Below, piece after piece: positions 1 to 11,818 of a DNA stretch of 51,427 nt. Under the pieces are notes generated by a model. The model saw nothing but the letters and a program-made list of their open reading frames with translations. It did no database searches and was not told the DNA's origin. Origin of the DNA: Octopus sinensis (lineage: Eukaryota); the NCBI RefSeq assembly GCF_006345805.1, contig NW_021834165.1:1-51427 (forward strand), written 5' to 3'. The first letter of the stretch is position 1; each line of letters opens with the position of its first letter. The position numbers were made by a program, and so were the translations under genes.

Positions 1-424
1 GTGGTGTGTGTGTGTGTGAGAAGAGAGAGAGAGAGAGAGAGAGAAAGGGCTTACAGTTTAATTAGACATTCTGCCATAAGAAGACCAAATATGCCAATAC
101 AAACCAATCTTGCTTTTGAGTCCTAGAATCCACACTTCGGAGTCATGTGGTGTTCATTGAAGGTTCAGAAAGAGAAACTTCTTCCAGGTTAATGAAATTC
201 TCGCAAAGATGGGACAATCTGTACTATTGTTTTTACCTGTTTTAGTCTTTGGACCAAAGGCAACTATGCAGGGGCACCGCCTTAAAGAGCTTAGTTAAAC
301 TAATCGACCCCAATGTTAATTATATTAAAAGTTTGGATCTCACTCCATGCGTTTCTTTTTGTCGAATCGCCAAGTTATTTGGTCGTAAACAAAGCACAAC
401 CGGTTTTTAAGTGATGGTAGGAGG

Positions 425-595
425 GGACTAAGACAAGCGCATACACATGCATACATACATACATGCATACATACATACATACATACAAACATACATACAT
501 ACATACATACAAACATACATACATACAAACATACATACATATATATGTATATGTGTATATATATATTTCTATATATGTACACATACATACGCATA
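425..595. repeat. (CATA)n/(TA)n microsatellite
   Basis: Direct reading of tetranucleotide and dinucleotide runs. Confidence 0.95.
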
Positions 596-599
596 TTAA

Positions 600-1090
600 A
601 AAGGGGAAGGTCGGTTTATTAGATTACCTTAGGTTTCCCGTCCATAAAGGGTTTAACTTTATGGCGTAATCTCCGACCCCAAAACCTGTTGGCCTATGAT
701 CTCTTCAAAAGCCTCGCTACTCAAAGTAAACAATTGGGGATTGTGTCCCTTAGCTATTGGGTATCAACTTCCGGCTGTGCTGCCATCTTGTGGGTTTCAA
801 AAGGCTAGTAGGAACCGCCTAAAAATATAAATATGGCCCGAAAATCGTCGTTCTAGAGTTGAGGATGTTCCCTGGTTCAAGTGAGTCTTTTAGGATTCTC
901 GCGCGTTCAGCTATGCATAATTTGCAACACTTCGTCCAGTTGATGCAGGCGCCTTGGGTCTCAAGGATTTTCCGTGAGATCAAGTATGGGATCGCATCGT
1001 CTCTTAGTTGCCAGACGTGGCTGGCCAGCGATGTTACGTATCTTTTTCCGGAACTCTGAAGGAGGAGGGCCTGTGGCTGGAGTCACGCTG
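600..1090 (-). mobile_element. Penelope-like element 3' fragment (GIY-YIG endonuclease C-terminus plus UTR)
   Basis: Minus strand reads TSLASHVWQLRDDAIPYLISRKILETQGACINWTKCCKLCIAERARIL, similar to the end of Penelope GIY-YIG domains (compare 43780-43910). Confidence 0.7.
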
Positions 1091-1110
1091 CTTGAATGAG
1101 CTCCTCCACA

Positions 1111-1158
<48 letters not shown>

Positions 1159-1222
1159 ATATATATATTATATATATATATATATATAGATATATATATA
1201 TATATATATCTATACATACATA

Positions 1223-1380
1223 CAAGGGGGTACTGAAAAGTTCCTGGCTTTAAGGATATCAGGAAAGGCTGGGTTGGAGGCCTACCAACCATCCGAAATC
1301 TTTTACAGGGCTTAGAAAAACTGAAGGACCGCTGTAATAAATGTGTGAATCTGAGAGGGGGGGAATATGTTGAATGAAAT
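1223..1380 (+). mobile_element. Internally deleted mariner remnant
   Basis: TA|CAAGGGGGTACTGAAAAGTTCC mariner-type TIR, followed by the transposase C-terminus LKDRCNKCVNLRG.EYVE*. Confidence 0.6.
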
Positions 1381-1599
1381 CATATGTACTTACACACATA
1401 CACACACACACATATACATCCAGTACCTAGCATCTGGGTACTAGATTTACTCACAATGACCACATATTTGCAAAATGGGCTTCAAGAGCATTAAATCTAT
1501 TTTAAATTTAGTTTACTTTACTTTAATTTAATTTAATTTAATTTAATTTAATTTAAATTTAATTCCACGTCTTTCTCCCTTGCCATTTTTGTTTCAAAT

Positions 1600-1817
1600 T
1601 TCTGCGCCCGGTCAGCATCGGATTGGGGGCAAGTTGATTACGTTGACGCCAGTGTTCAACTGGTAATTATTTTATCGATCCCCAAAGGGATGCAAGTCTA
1701 TCTCGGCAGAATTTGAATTCAGAACGTAAAACCGGAAGAAATGCCGCTAAGCATTATGTCTGGCGTACTTACGATTCTGGCAGTCAACCAGCCAGCCTAA
1801 TAATAATGATGATAATA

Positions 1818-1848
<31 letters not shown>

Positions 1849-1850
1849 TC

Positions 1851-1898
<48 letters not shown>

Positions 1899-2360
1899 GT
1901 CCTTTCTACTGGAGGCACAAGGCCCCAAATTTGTGGGGTGGAGGGACTATTCGATTATATCGACCCCAGATTTTCACTGGTACTTAATTTATCGACTCCG
2001 AAAGGATGAAAGGCAAAGTCGACCTTGGCGGAATTTGAGTTCAGGACATGGCGATGGGCGAAATACCGCTAAGCATTTCGTTATCATAATAATAATAATA
2101 ATAATAATAATAATATAATAATAATAATAATGATAATAACAATAATCCTTTCTACTAAAGGCACAAGGTCTGAAATTTTGTTAGAGGGGACTAGTCGATT
2201 ATATCAACCCCATTGATTTACTGATACTTAATTTATCGACCCGAAAGGATGAAAGGTAAAGATGGCCTCGGCGGAATTTCCACTCAAAACGAAAAGACGG
2301 AAGAAATGCCGCTAAGCATTTTGTTCGTCGCGCTGAGGATTCTAACAGCGCATCACCTTA
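1600..2360 (-). mobile_element. Three SINE family A copies (about 1600-1797, 1899-2082, 2145-2359) separated by (TAA)n
   Basis: Reverse complement of the family A core gagttcaaattccgccgaggtcgactttgcctttcatcctttcggggtcgataaattaagtaccag. Confidence 0.85.
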
Positions 2361-2529
2361 GGAGGTAGAATCATATCAAAATTCTCTGAAGTATTTAGTC
2401 TGACTGCCTACCATGTTACCATGCAGACTGTCTGCACGAACCGACGTAAGTGGAGTTGGTATGCGGTTGCTCGATCTATTTGAAACAGTTCTATAATTAA
2501 AAGATGACGAATTATGTACATTATTTACG

Positions 2530-2687
2530 TTATTTACGTTTGACGGATATTTGTCCTCATCTTGGAATGAGAACCCAGGCTCGAAATTTCCCCAAGACGC
2601 CTGATGAAGGCTGGAGGGTATATATCAGCCGAAACGTTGAATTAGCAACAAACAAGATGAGGACAAATATCAGTCGAATGTAAATAA
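2530..2687 (+). repeat. Hairpin element (35 bp inverted arms) enclosing a partial hammerhead-like core
   Basis: Arms at 2530-2564 and 2653-2687. Inside: CTGATGA(2601)-A-GGCTG..CAGCC-GAAAC(2631). Confidence 0.6.
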
Positions 2688-2934
2688 TCTATATAACGTA
2701 ATTAACCACTTTATCTCGCTACAAAATCATAGTCTAACATCTTAAGGAATGAGAGGCACACGACATGATATCTTCTTATATTCTACACCGTGTCTTCCCG
2801 CCCTACTCAATATAACTTTCAGGCCTTGCTGAATAATATTAACAACAACAACAACAACAACAACGACAATGATAATAATGATCCTTTCTACTGGAGGCAC
2901 AAGGCCCCAGATTTGTGGGGTGGGGACTAGTCGA

Positions 2935-3220
2935 CTCCTGGACTTATTCTTTGTAAGCCTGGTGCTTATTCTATCGGCCTCTTCTTCCGAACCGCTACGT
3001 TACGGGTGCGTAAACACACCAACATCAGTTGTCAAACGAATCGGTGGGAGGCAAGCACAGACATAAACACACACACATATATATACATATATGTAAATAC
3101 GACGGGCTTCTTTCAGTTTCCGTCTACCAAATCCACTCACAAGGCTTTGTTCGGCCCGAGGCTATATATAATAGAAGACACTTGCCCAAAGTGCCACGCA
3201 GCGGGACTGAACCCGGAATC
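2935..3220 (-). mobile_element. SINE family C (tRNA-derived, CORE-like, with internal microsatellite)
   Basis: Reverse complement of ...ttgggcaagtgtcttct...ccttgtgagtggatttggtagacggaaactgaaagaagcccgtcg... Confidence 0.85.
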
Positions 3221-3304
3221 ACGCTCTATCTTATCTACTAGGAATCGCCACCGACTTAATAATAACACTGTTTGTTTATTCAGTATTTTCTTTTGCATTT
3301 CCAG

Positions 3305-3456
3305 GTGAATCCAAAAGGCCTTTCTGCCAAGTGTGGTCTGAGACCAGGGGACGGAATTTTGGAGATCTGTAATGAAAATGCTACACATTGGAGTCACGAT
3401 ACAGCTAAGGCGGCTATGGTCAGAGCTGGCAACGAGATCGACTTTGTTGTCCAACG
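3305..3456 (+). CDS. Internal exon of a PDZ-domain protein (C-terminal half of a PDLIM/Zasp-type PDZ domain); upstream exon(s) not found in the window
   Basis: Acceptor ttttgcatttccag|GTG and donor CG|gtaagt (phase 2). Encodes VNPKGLSAKCGLRPGDGILEICNENATHWSHDTAKAAMVRAGNEIDFVVQ(R), matching the PDZ 'GLxxGDxIxxINxxxxxxxxHxxA' pattern. Confidence 0.9.
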
Positions 3457-3531
3457 GTAAGTTGTATAAGTATCTCAATATCAGAATCGTTAGATCATCC
3501 GATTAAATGCCTAACGGTATTTAGTTATGGC

Positions 3532-3748
3532 GGCGAGCTGGCAGAAACGTTAGCACGCCGGGCGAAATGCTTAGCGGTATTTCGTCTGCGTTACGTTGTG
3601 AGTTCAAATTCCGCCGAGGTCGACTTTGCCTTTCATCCTTTCGGGGTCGATAAATTAAGTACCAGTTACGCATGTAATCGACTTAATACCTATGTCTGTC
3701 CTTGTTTGTCCGCTCTGTGTTTAGCCCCTTGTGGGTAATAAAGAAATA
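3532..3748 (+). mobile_element. Young SINE family A copy nested in an older family A copy (about 3482-3875)
   Basis: Full head ggcgagctggcagaaacgttagc. 16 bp TSD GGTATTTAGTTATGGC at 3516-3531 and 3749-3764. Confidence 0.9.
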
Positions 3749-4156
3749 GGTATTTAGTTATGGCTTTTTATGTCCTGAGTTCAAATTCCCACTGGGGTCC
3801 ACTTTGCCTTTCATTCCTCCAGCAGTTAGTTAAATTAGAGTAGCAGTAAATACACTGGAGTCGATGTTTTCGACTAAGGCCATCTAATTAATCTACTGCG
3901 GAGAGCGGATATAACCACTTGAAGTTTCATTACCCTAAAATGCGGACAGCAATTATGTGCACTAACCTGTCTTTTGTTAAAACTATTTTCTGTTCTGATA
4001 CATCAAGTTTTTTCAGAGGCAGCGTGACTTGCAGAAAATACCGATTCTAGTTTTTGCTAAATACTTAACATCCTTGCTGGAATAAAAAGGAAATTTAATT
4101 TCGCAGTGAACGGGTTAAAATTGCTGGTCCTGCACCTAAGTCATCATAATCATCGC

Positions 4157-4193
<37 letters not shown>

Positions 4194-4195
<2 letters not shown>

Positions 4196-4382
4196 TTACG
4201 GCCATATCACGTTGAAAGCACCGGTTCTAGTCTGATCACCGAGGTTAAGCAACGTCGAGCCTAGTCAGTACTTAGATGGGTGACCGCTTGGGAAACCTAG
4301 GTGCAGTAAGCATAGTAAAAATGGCGGTGCCCCAGCATGGCCACAGCTTGTGAGCTGAAACTAGATACATATAAAAAAAAAT
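4194..4382 (+). mobile_element. 5S rRNA-derived retroposon (SINE3-like or chimeric 5S retropseudogene)
   Basis: 4194-4313 is a ~120 nt 5S rRNA sequence (acttacggccatatcacg...gttaagcaacgtcgagcc...gtacttagatgggtgaccgcttgggaa...gtaagcat). It is followed by ggcggtgccccagcatggccacag...ctgaaac and an A-run rather than an oligo-T terminator. Confidence 0.85.
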
Positions 4383-4439
4383 ATTATTATAATGATTTAT
4401 TATGAGAGACTCTCGGATAATTCTTAATTACCGGTTATT

Positions 4440-4929
4440 CTTTACTTGAAGGCAGGCAACAACAAATCACCAAAGGTTTCAAGTAATGCCTTCTACTGCG
4501 ACTCAAAGAGACAATATTCTCCCTAGAATGCAAGCTGTACCCAACAATGCTACCTTGTGGATCTTCTTGAGCCTGACAGCAGCTCCAATATTCTTAATAT
4601 GTTTTTCAAAGCTCTTGATAACTGTTCCTAACGCTCCAGCCCCATAACTTTGCTATCTCGTCACGCAGTGGCTGGTATTTCTCAATCTTTTGTTTCCTTA
4701 CATTTCACCCTCGAATCGCCTAGTAGTGCAGCATCTATTATCTTTATTTCTTTTTCATCTTTATGGACGAGCACGATATCTGGTCGTCTCGCCTCTATGA
4801 CTTGGTCACACTGCATGTTAAAATCCCAGAGTCTTTTGTAATGTTCATTTTCCATTCCTCCCTCTGACTTGTGTTCATACCATTGTTCAGCTCTCTCGAG
4901 GTTTGCTTTACCGCACAACAACCAGTGGA

Positions 4930-4930
<1 letters not shown>
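4440..4930 (-). mobile_element. Non-LTR retrotransposon 3' fragment with restriction-like endonuclease (R4/Dong-like)
   Basis: Reads LWDFNMQCDQVIEARRPDIVLVHKDEKEIKIID (RLE PD..D motif), then KVALLGTACILGRIL. Abuts a (TAA)n tract, the known target of Dong-type elements. Confidence 0.8.
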
Positions 4931-5009
<79 letters not shown>

Positions 5010-5033
5010 CATTATTTTTATTATTATTATTAT

Positions 5034-5413
5034 GGCGGCGCAATGGCCCAGTGGTTAGGGCAGTGGACTCGCGGTCATAGGATCACGGTTTCGATTCCCA
5101 GACCGGGCGTTGTGAGTGTTTATTGAGCGAAAACACCTAAAGCTCCGGCAGGGGATGGTGGTGATCCCTGCTGTACTCTTTCACCACAACTTTCTCTCAC
5201 TCTTTCTTCCTGTTTCTGTTGTACCTATATTTCAAAGGGCCGGCCTTGTCACTCTCTGTGTCACGCTGAATATTCCCGAGAACTACGTTAAGGGTACACG
5301 TGTCTGTGGAGTGAGTGCTCAGCCACTTACACGGTAATTTCACGAGCAGGCTGTTCCGTTGATTCGAATCAACCGGAACTCTCATCGTCGTAACCGACGG
5401 AGTGCTTCCATCC
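5034..5413 (+). mobile_element. SINE family B (tRNA-derived), full length, inserted in (ATT)n
   Basis: tRNA-like head with A box tggcccagtggtt and B box ggtttcgattccc. Same body as 46040-46423 and 50541-50935. Confidence 0.9.
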
Positions 5414-5417
5414 ATTA

Positions 5418-5470
<53 letters not shown>

Positions 5471-5740
5471 GGTTGCTATACTGTCAAATCAAGGTTAAGG
5501 TCCGTTCATTCATTTATTTTGTGATAACTTTGTTCTTGACATTGTCTGGATCGAGGTGGTAATATTTCCGTTTAATTGCGTCTCTTTTTGGGGTTGCAAC
5601 TCAAAGATGTTTATTTTGAATTTCTTGTAAAAACAAAGATTTGGAAATTTTCAAAATCTACAAATATGTCGGAACAAAACAGAACAGTGATAGCAATCGG
5701 CGGTAGAGGGTGTCCCGTCGACACATTTCCGAGTGCCACT

Positions 5741-6084
5741 GTTGCCATGATAACCAGAATATGACGTCAAAGACAGGCACGTTGGAGCTGAAACAAATTT
5801 ATCGCATTTAAGTAATAAAATTTTGTCCTGTTGCTATGACTACGGCCACACCTTCAAAAGTACAAGCAGCATCAGCAACAACAGCAGCCGTTCAAGAATT
5901 TGGACCTGGAGATCTCCATATCCAGCGACTTCGAGGGCCACCTCCCAGTGGTGTCGGGCATCAACAAAGATCCCTCGACTACAAGAAGACGACCAAAGTT
6001 TTTTTTCCCCAAGGTATGGGGGCTCCCGCCCCTAAGCCCTAGACCATCACCTAATCACCCTTACCCATCTTGTTGCTTAACAAC
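5741..6084. promoter_or_regulatory. Cluster of RFX X-box-like motifs and a CRE; candidate intronic promoter or enhancer
   Basis: GTTGCCATGATAAC 5741-5754, TGACGTCA 5762-5769, GTTGCTATGACTAC 5830-5843 and GTTGCTTAACAAC 6072-6084, in sequence with no recognisable repeat. Confidence 0.4.
5836..6042 (+). CDS. Candidate short ORF or alternative first exon (68 aa) inside the PDZ gene intron
   Basis: ATG-started, non-microsatellite, protein-like composition. Possible donor CAAG|gtatgg near 6013. No homology recognised. Confidence 0.25.
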   Translation: MTTATPSKVQAASATTAAVQEFGPGDLHIQRLRGPPPSGVGHQQRSLDYKKTTKVFFPQGMGAPAPKP

Positions 6085-6229
6085 GACAGCAACAAGAATG
6101 ACAGTATGTGCAACAGAGTTTTGTCAGGCCACGTTGAAAACAACAAATTTTCCCACAGACATGGTAAACATAGCTATGTGGCCTCTGCGGCAAAAGATCA
6201 TCATCGTCAGTCTGTATCTCCCTTTGTAC

Positions 6230-6640
6230 ATGCGATTTTTATTTAATGAGACCAGTTCTAGAAAGTTTTCCTCAGTTGCTTACACGTTACACCTAAATTC
6301 TGGATGGAAATCTGGAATCTCTCTTTCCCCCTTTCGCAAGTATCGCTTGAGTTCTGCATATTTAATACGCTTTGTCTCAAACCTCATACAACCATCTTTA
6401 TGCTATTTCACCCTGTTCTGTTCTTTGCAAAAAAGCAGAATATTCCCAATTTCTGATGTCCATTCCCAGAATCTCTTCAAATTATCCTAAACCGAATCGT
6501 TTCTTTGGTTTAGGATTTGGCCTCTTTATTTGAAAGCTCTTTATAAAACAATCTCTCGGGCAACCTAGTATCTTCGATTCTAACAACAGGACCAGCATAG
6601 ACGCAGGATTTTCAAAATCTAAGAATATGTCCGGACACAA
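6230..6640 (-). mobile_element. RTE-clade LINE 3' fragment
   Basis: Minus strand reads IEDTRLPERLFYKELS..PKPKKRF..MDIRNWE with frameshifts, typical of the RTE ORF C-terminus. Confidence 0.6.
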
Positions 6641-6644
6641 CACA

Positions 6645-6878
6645 ATACACATACATACATACATACATACATACACACACATACATACACACACATACAT
6701 ACATACGTACATACATACACACACACATACATACACATACATACACACATACACATACATACATACATACATACACATACATACATACATACATACATAC
6801 ATTACATACATACATACATGCATACACACATACATACATACATACATACATACATACATACCTAAATACATACATACA
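6645..6878. repeat. (CATA)n/(CA)n compound microsatellite
   Basis: Direct reading. Confidence 0.95.
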
Positions 6879-7384
6879 ATCTTTTTGTATATTAAGACGA
6901 TATTATTAATTATATATTAATTTTCAAGGTGACTTTGGCATTCATTCCCCTCCTCCCACTGGATTCCTACCTTATTCCATATCGTATTTAACAGGGTTTC
7001 CAATTATTTGTCATCTGCAGTATACAGTTTGACGTCATCCATATTCACCTGACGGTTCATTGATATCTGATATCACGTGTTTCCGCGTCTATATGGCTTA
7101 GTATGCCAGTATGAACACAGAGCAAGACAGAAGAGGAGAAAGGAGAGAGAGAATTCTCTTTGAGTATTTCTGTTCTGAGAAGGATTGCTTGCTTTTACTT
7201 AATTTACTCTTTTGCTTGAATCCGTACGACTGTTTTTCATTTAACCGTGACATGTTTGCTGCACCTGCTAGTCATTAGTCTTAACTTACACTGTTAAAAG
7301 CCCTCAAATAATCAGTATATGTTATACACGAGTTCTTTAGTCTATGCTTAATCCATTCAGTTATGATTTTAGTAAGTCTACATT

Positions 7385-7660
7385 ACCCCGAAAAGAGCAT
7401 AGGGCCGCGACAATTTCATGCCGGTGGACGCGATCTTAGGTTACCTCCTTGATTTCAGACCAGGAAAGACCAATGGCTTTCGCTTCATCCGCCATGTATC
7501 TTTTCCAAGTTTTCTTAGGTCGTCCAACGTTCCGCTTTCCTTCAGATTGCCAATTTAACACTCATCTTGCAATGCTGCTTGGAGGTCTCCTTAAAATGCT
7601 ACCAATCCAACTCTATTTTCTTTTCAGGATTTCTTGATTAATAGGAGTTTGGATCGTTCT
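7385..7660 (-). mobile_element. RTE-clade LINE 3' fragment
   Basis: Minus strand reads GKRNVGRPKKTWKRYMADEAKAIGLSWSEIKEV..DRVHRHEIVAALC. Confidence 0.75.
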
Positions 7661-9654
7661 TCCTTAATTCCATTTAGTTCCTGGCAATATCCTTTCTGCT
7701 CTTCTGAAATTACGTTCTATTTTTGTTTACGCGTTTGTTATTTCTAAAAGTATAATAACAATTGCCCTTTATCTAATGCAACCATATCAGGGATGGAAGA
7801 CCGAGCGTTGTCGGCTAAGGAGTCGGATGAGCATATTTCCGCTAGGCACGATAGTTATTGCTAATAATAAAATATTGAAAACATGCCAAAATATCAGTCC
7901 TTTAGCACAAACCTACAAAAAATTTTGCTAGCGGTACATCGGCAGTTATGTGTAGAAGTCACATCATCTCATTATACCACCATCAGTATATATAACCCAC
8001 ACCTGATATGTATCTTGTATTATTTAATGACTATGTTACATTTAAGAAGCTATTTTTAATTTTCTAAATCGAGATTCAATGAAGTTGATGGAGGGAATGT
8101 TAAACTTTCATCCGCCTGTCAGTTATTTGCAAGGAGTGGATGACAGCAAAATCATAGCAGTGGTGTGCCACCTTGGTGACCAATAGCAGTTACATGAAAC
8201 AACACAGCCAGAAATACGAAGTTTACAATAAGCATGGTAGTCCCCTGACCAAAATATAATCCAGTATGAGGTTGGTCTGAAAAATGATAAAGCTGAAATA
8301 CAGTACTCCCGTTATGTAGTCTATTTATGATAACCTTATGATTTCATACTTTATTCCAGTAGATTGTCATAGCATTGCATTCACATGCATAGAATCACAA
8401 ATGTATGGTGAAACATACTTGCTTTTTTTTTCTACGAAATATATTTGTAAAATAGGGTGTGTTTTATGCGAGAGTATGGCTTATACGTCGGCAAATTCTG
8501 TATTAGGGCTTTATAGGCAGATTTAATGCAAATGGCTTCGGAAATTACAAATCTTTTGTTGAGCCATTCAAGTGTTTCTGATCATTTCATTCCAGTGAAT
8601 CGCCGAGTATATTTGCAAGTATTTTGTGGATATATGTGAGATACTTTCAAAGTATCAAGGAGTTTTACCGTTTTTTGTATTATCAAGGTTACTTCTTGGG
8701 CTGTTATCTTTTCTGTCGGTTGCTCTGATGGATATTAGCGTCTACATGATTTCGCTTGGTGTTGTCTCCGATGATCTTACGTTAATAACCTAATGCTTTA
8801 AGGGAGTTACTATTATTAGTTTAGAAATAAAGGTTCTAGTTTGGTACTATGTAAACATCGGGGAATAAACCACGTGATGATGATCGTAGTTCAAGCCGAT
8901 ATAAATGTAAATGTAACATTTAAATAATAAAAATAATTAATCTCCACTGTCGAGGTTAATAGTCTGGAAAATGAAGCCTTATTAGCAGTAGTTCATCTCG
9001 GACATTTAGTCCTTTAATCTATGGTACCCCTGTCACAGATAGGTGACGAATTAACAGAGTCGTTAGAATATCAACCGATATGCTCTATAGCATTTACTCC
9101 GGGTTCTTACGCTCTGAGTTCAAACCCCACTGGGGTTGACTTCGCCTTTTATCCTTCTGGGAATCGATGAATAAAGCACCAGTCTTGAACAGTTAACTGA
9201 CATAATAGATAAAACGTCGGACCGGGAAGCTGCAGTATTTGTTCCGCCTCTTTGCATTCTGAGTTCAAACCCCACCGGAGCCTATTCGAGTAATAGGCCT
9301 AATCCGCCGACCCGTTTAATACATTGAGTGCCTTTAGCGGAGTCCATTCTGTTGCAAGCATTTAGACCAGTTTTAGGGTTTGAGATTACTTCCTACCCAT
9401 TTTCGGACACCCTACAAAGGAAGGACCATAAACTCATAAGTATTACTTCCTTCAGTCTAAGCAATAGAATATTCGTGGACTGAGCGAGCAGAGTTAAGTA
9501 TTCACATTGTACCGCGGACACATTATAGTACTAATGGCATAATTCACAACACCAGCGAAAACCAGCGAAAATCTATTCCGCTGCTTATTTGACGCCTTTA
9601 TCTGTAACTTTCCAAAAATGTTAGTACACTTTGTTGTTTGTTCCTTCTTGAGCC

Positions 9655-9936
9655 ATGCTTGGCTCATAAAAGCCGGTTCCCCGGTTTCATTGGCGTATAG
9701 GCTCCCCACCTGGATGGAAGGCCGGTCCGTCGCAGGTGAGCTGCTAGATGTTGGAGAAAAGAGCGAGAGAAAGTTGTGGCGAAAGAGTCAGCAGTAGTTC
9801 GCCATTACCTTCTGCCGGAGCCTCGTGGAACTTAGGTGTTTCGCCCATAAACAAGCACATCACCCGGTCTGAGATTCGAACCTGCGATTCTTCGACCGCG
9901 AGTCCGCTACTCTAACCACTAGGCCATGTGCCTCCA
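9655..9936 (-). mobile_element. SINE with a family B-like tRNA head and an alternative tail
   Basis: Reverse complement of tggaggcacatggcctagtggttagagtagcggactcgcggtcg. The tail differs from 5034-5413. Confidence 0.75.
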
Positions 9937-10236
9937 CAAGTACACTTTAGTACAAGGCTAAAACTTGTCAGCTTCTCATGCAGTAGAACACAGTTGGGAT
10001 ATTTTGCAGATATCAAAGTGAAGACAAGTTGATAAGTAGTTCTCCCCTTCCCTTATAGTCACCAATAGAGATTTTCGGAACTACAATTGGCAGAGAAATT
10101 TGCAGAGAAATTCTATCCGTCTTGGTGGTTAAAATCTGCATATTTGTGGAGATAACAAAGGAGTTGTAAGCAGTTGATTTCTTCAAGAATGTAAACTGCA
10201 TTGCAGAACAGATTAGCAAACTCGTTCTTCGTATAA

Positions 10237-10283
10237 CCGCCGCCGCTGCCGCCGCCACCGCCACCACCACCACCACCACCACC

Positions 10284-10317
<34 letters not shown>

Positions 10318-10318
10318 G
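10237..10318. repeat. (CCG)n(CCA)n(CTA)n compound trinucleotide repeat
   Basis: Direct reading. Confidence 0.95.
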
Positions 10319-10577
10319 CTGTAATTTGGTCGTTTAGATCAGTTATGCGTGAGCAGAAATCTATGATCAGAAGTATTTGAAATGTTTCCAGGATTACCTC
10401 ACCCAAATCGTCTTTCTTTCTTTCTTTCTTTCTTTTTTGTTGATTTCAGACACTAGAAACTAATTTCAATGAGATTTGATTTACAGTGGTTTCTTCGTTG
10501 TTGCCGTTGCTGTTGCTGTTGTTTGCTGCGGTTCTTCAGTCACAATCCCTGTTGTTCTTGTTGCCAATATGCAATCA

Positions 10578-11142
10578 TATGCTAGCAGAACCGTTAGCAC
10601 GTCGGGCGAAATGCGTAGCCGTATTTCGTCTGCCGTTACGTTCTGAGTTCAAATTCCGCCGAGGTCGACTTTGCCTTTCATCCTTTCGGGGTCGATAACT
10701 TAAGTACCAGTTACGCACTGGGGTCGATGTAATCGACTTAATACCTATGTCTGTCCTTGTTTGTCCCCTCTATGTTTAGCCCCTTCTGGGTAGTAAAGAA
10801 ATAGGTATGCTAAAGTTGAGAGTGAGCGTCTCCTCTGCATTCGTAACAATCAAAAAAGTTAAATGGTAACTTAAGTACCAGTTACACACTGGGGTCGATG
10901 TAATCGACTTAATCTGTTTGTCTGTCATTGTTTGTCCCCTCTGTGTGTAGCCCCTTGTGGGCAGTAAAGAAATAGGTATTTCGTCTGTCTTTACGCCCTG
11001 AGTTCAAATTCCGCTGAGGTCGACTTTGCCTTTCATCTTTTCGGGGTCGATAAAGTGCGTACCAGTTGCGCACTGGGGTCGATCTAATCGACTGGCCCCC
11101 TCCCCCGAAATGTCGACCCTTATGCCTAGAGTAGAAAAGAAC
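10578..11142 (+). mobile_element. Cluster of nested or tandem SINE family A copies
   Basis: Repeated family A cores with both tail variants (gtaaagaaata and agtagaaaagaa). Confidence 0.85.
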
Positions 11143-11698
11143 ATGCAATCATAACAGTAATAACAGCTGTTGTTGCTGTTGTTGATTAGTGGTGGTGCTG
11201 GTGGTGGCGGTGGTGGTATTTGCGACGGTGCAGTTGTTACCAAGATAACGTTTCCATTAATAAGTCGGTCAATAGGTACGGCTTTCTCGGTCAGATTCCT
11301 GTGGAGACGCCTCTCTTTTTATGTTGTTGCTGTTGCTGTTGTTGTTGAAGTTGTTGTTGTAGCAGTTGTTGTTGTTGCAGTTGTTGTTGTTGTTGTTGTT
11401 GTTGCAGTTCTTGTTCAGCTCCAAGGCAAGCCATGATCGGCCAGATCCTCTATCAGAGGATTTCCACACGTGACCAGCACATTGTCGTATGCATGTGTTT
11501 GTGTGTGTGTTGGTGTGCGTGTGTTTACATACATACTTGCGCACGCACGCACACACGAGCACAGACACAGACACACACACACGTACACACGCGCACATAC
11601 ATACACATGGTTTTAATAACAACATGACTCATCTTTACATGTGTCACACTTAGCAAATGTATTGAGTGCTACTTTCGTTCGTTCACCCATTCGTGTAT

Positions 11699-11748
<50 letters not shown>

Positions 11749-11781
11749 TTGTGTATGTGTGTGTGTTTGTGTTTGTGTGTG

Positions 11782-11818
<37 letters not shown>

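Noticed and set aside
4194-4313. Functional 5S rRNA gene
   Set aside because: Solitary, no oligo-T terminator, and fused to a retroposon tail with an A-run.
5034-5110. tRNA gene (also at about 33757, 38045, 46350 and 50541)
   Set aside because: These are tRNA-like SINE heads that continue into a shared SINE body, with TSDs in some copies.
5900-6490. 196 aa plus-strand ORF
   Set aside because: Non-ATG start, and its 3' half is the antisense of an RTE LINE fragment.
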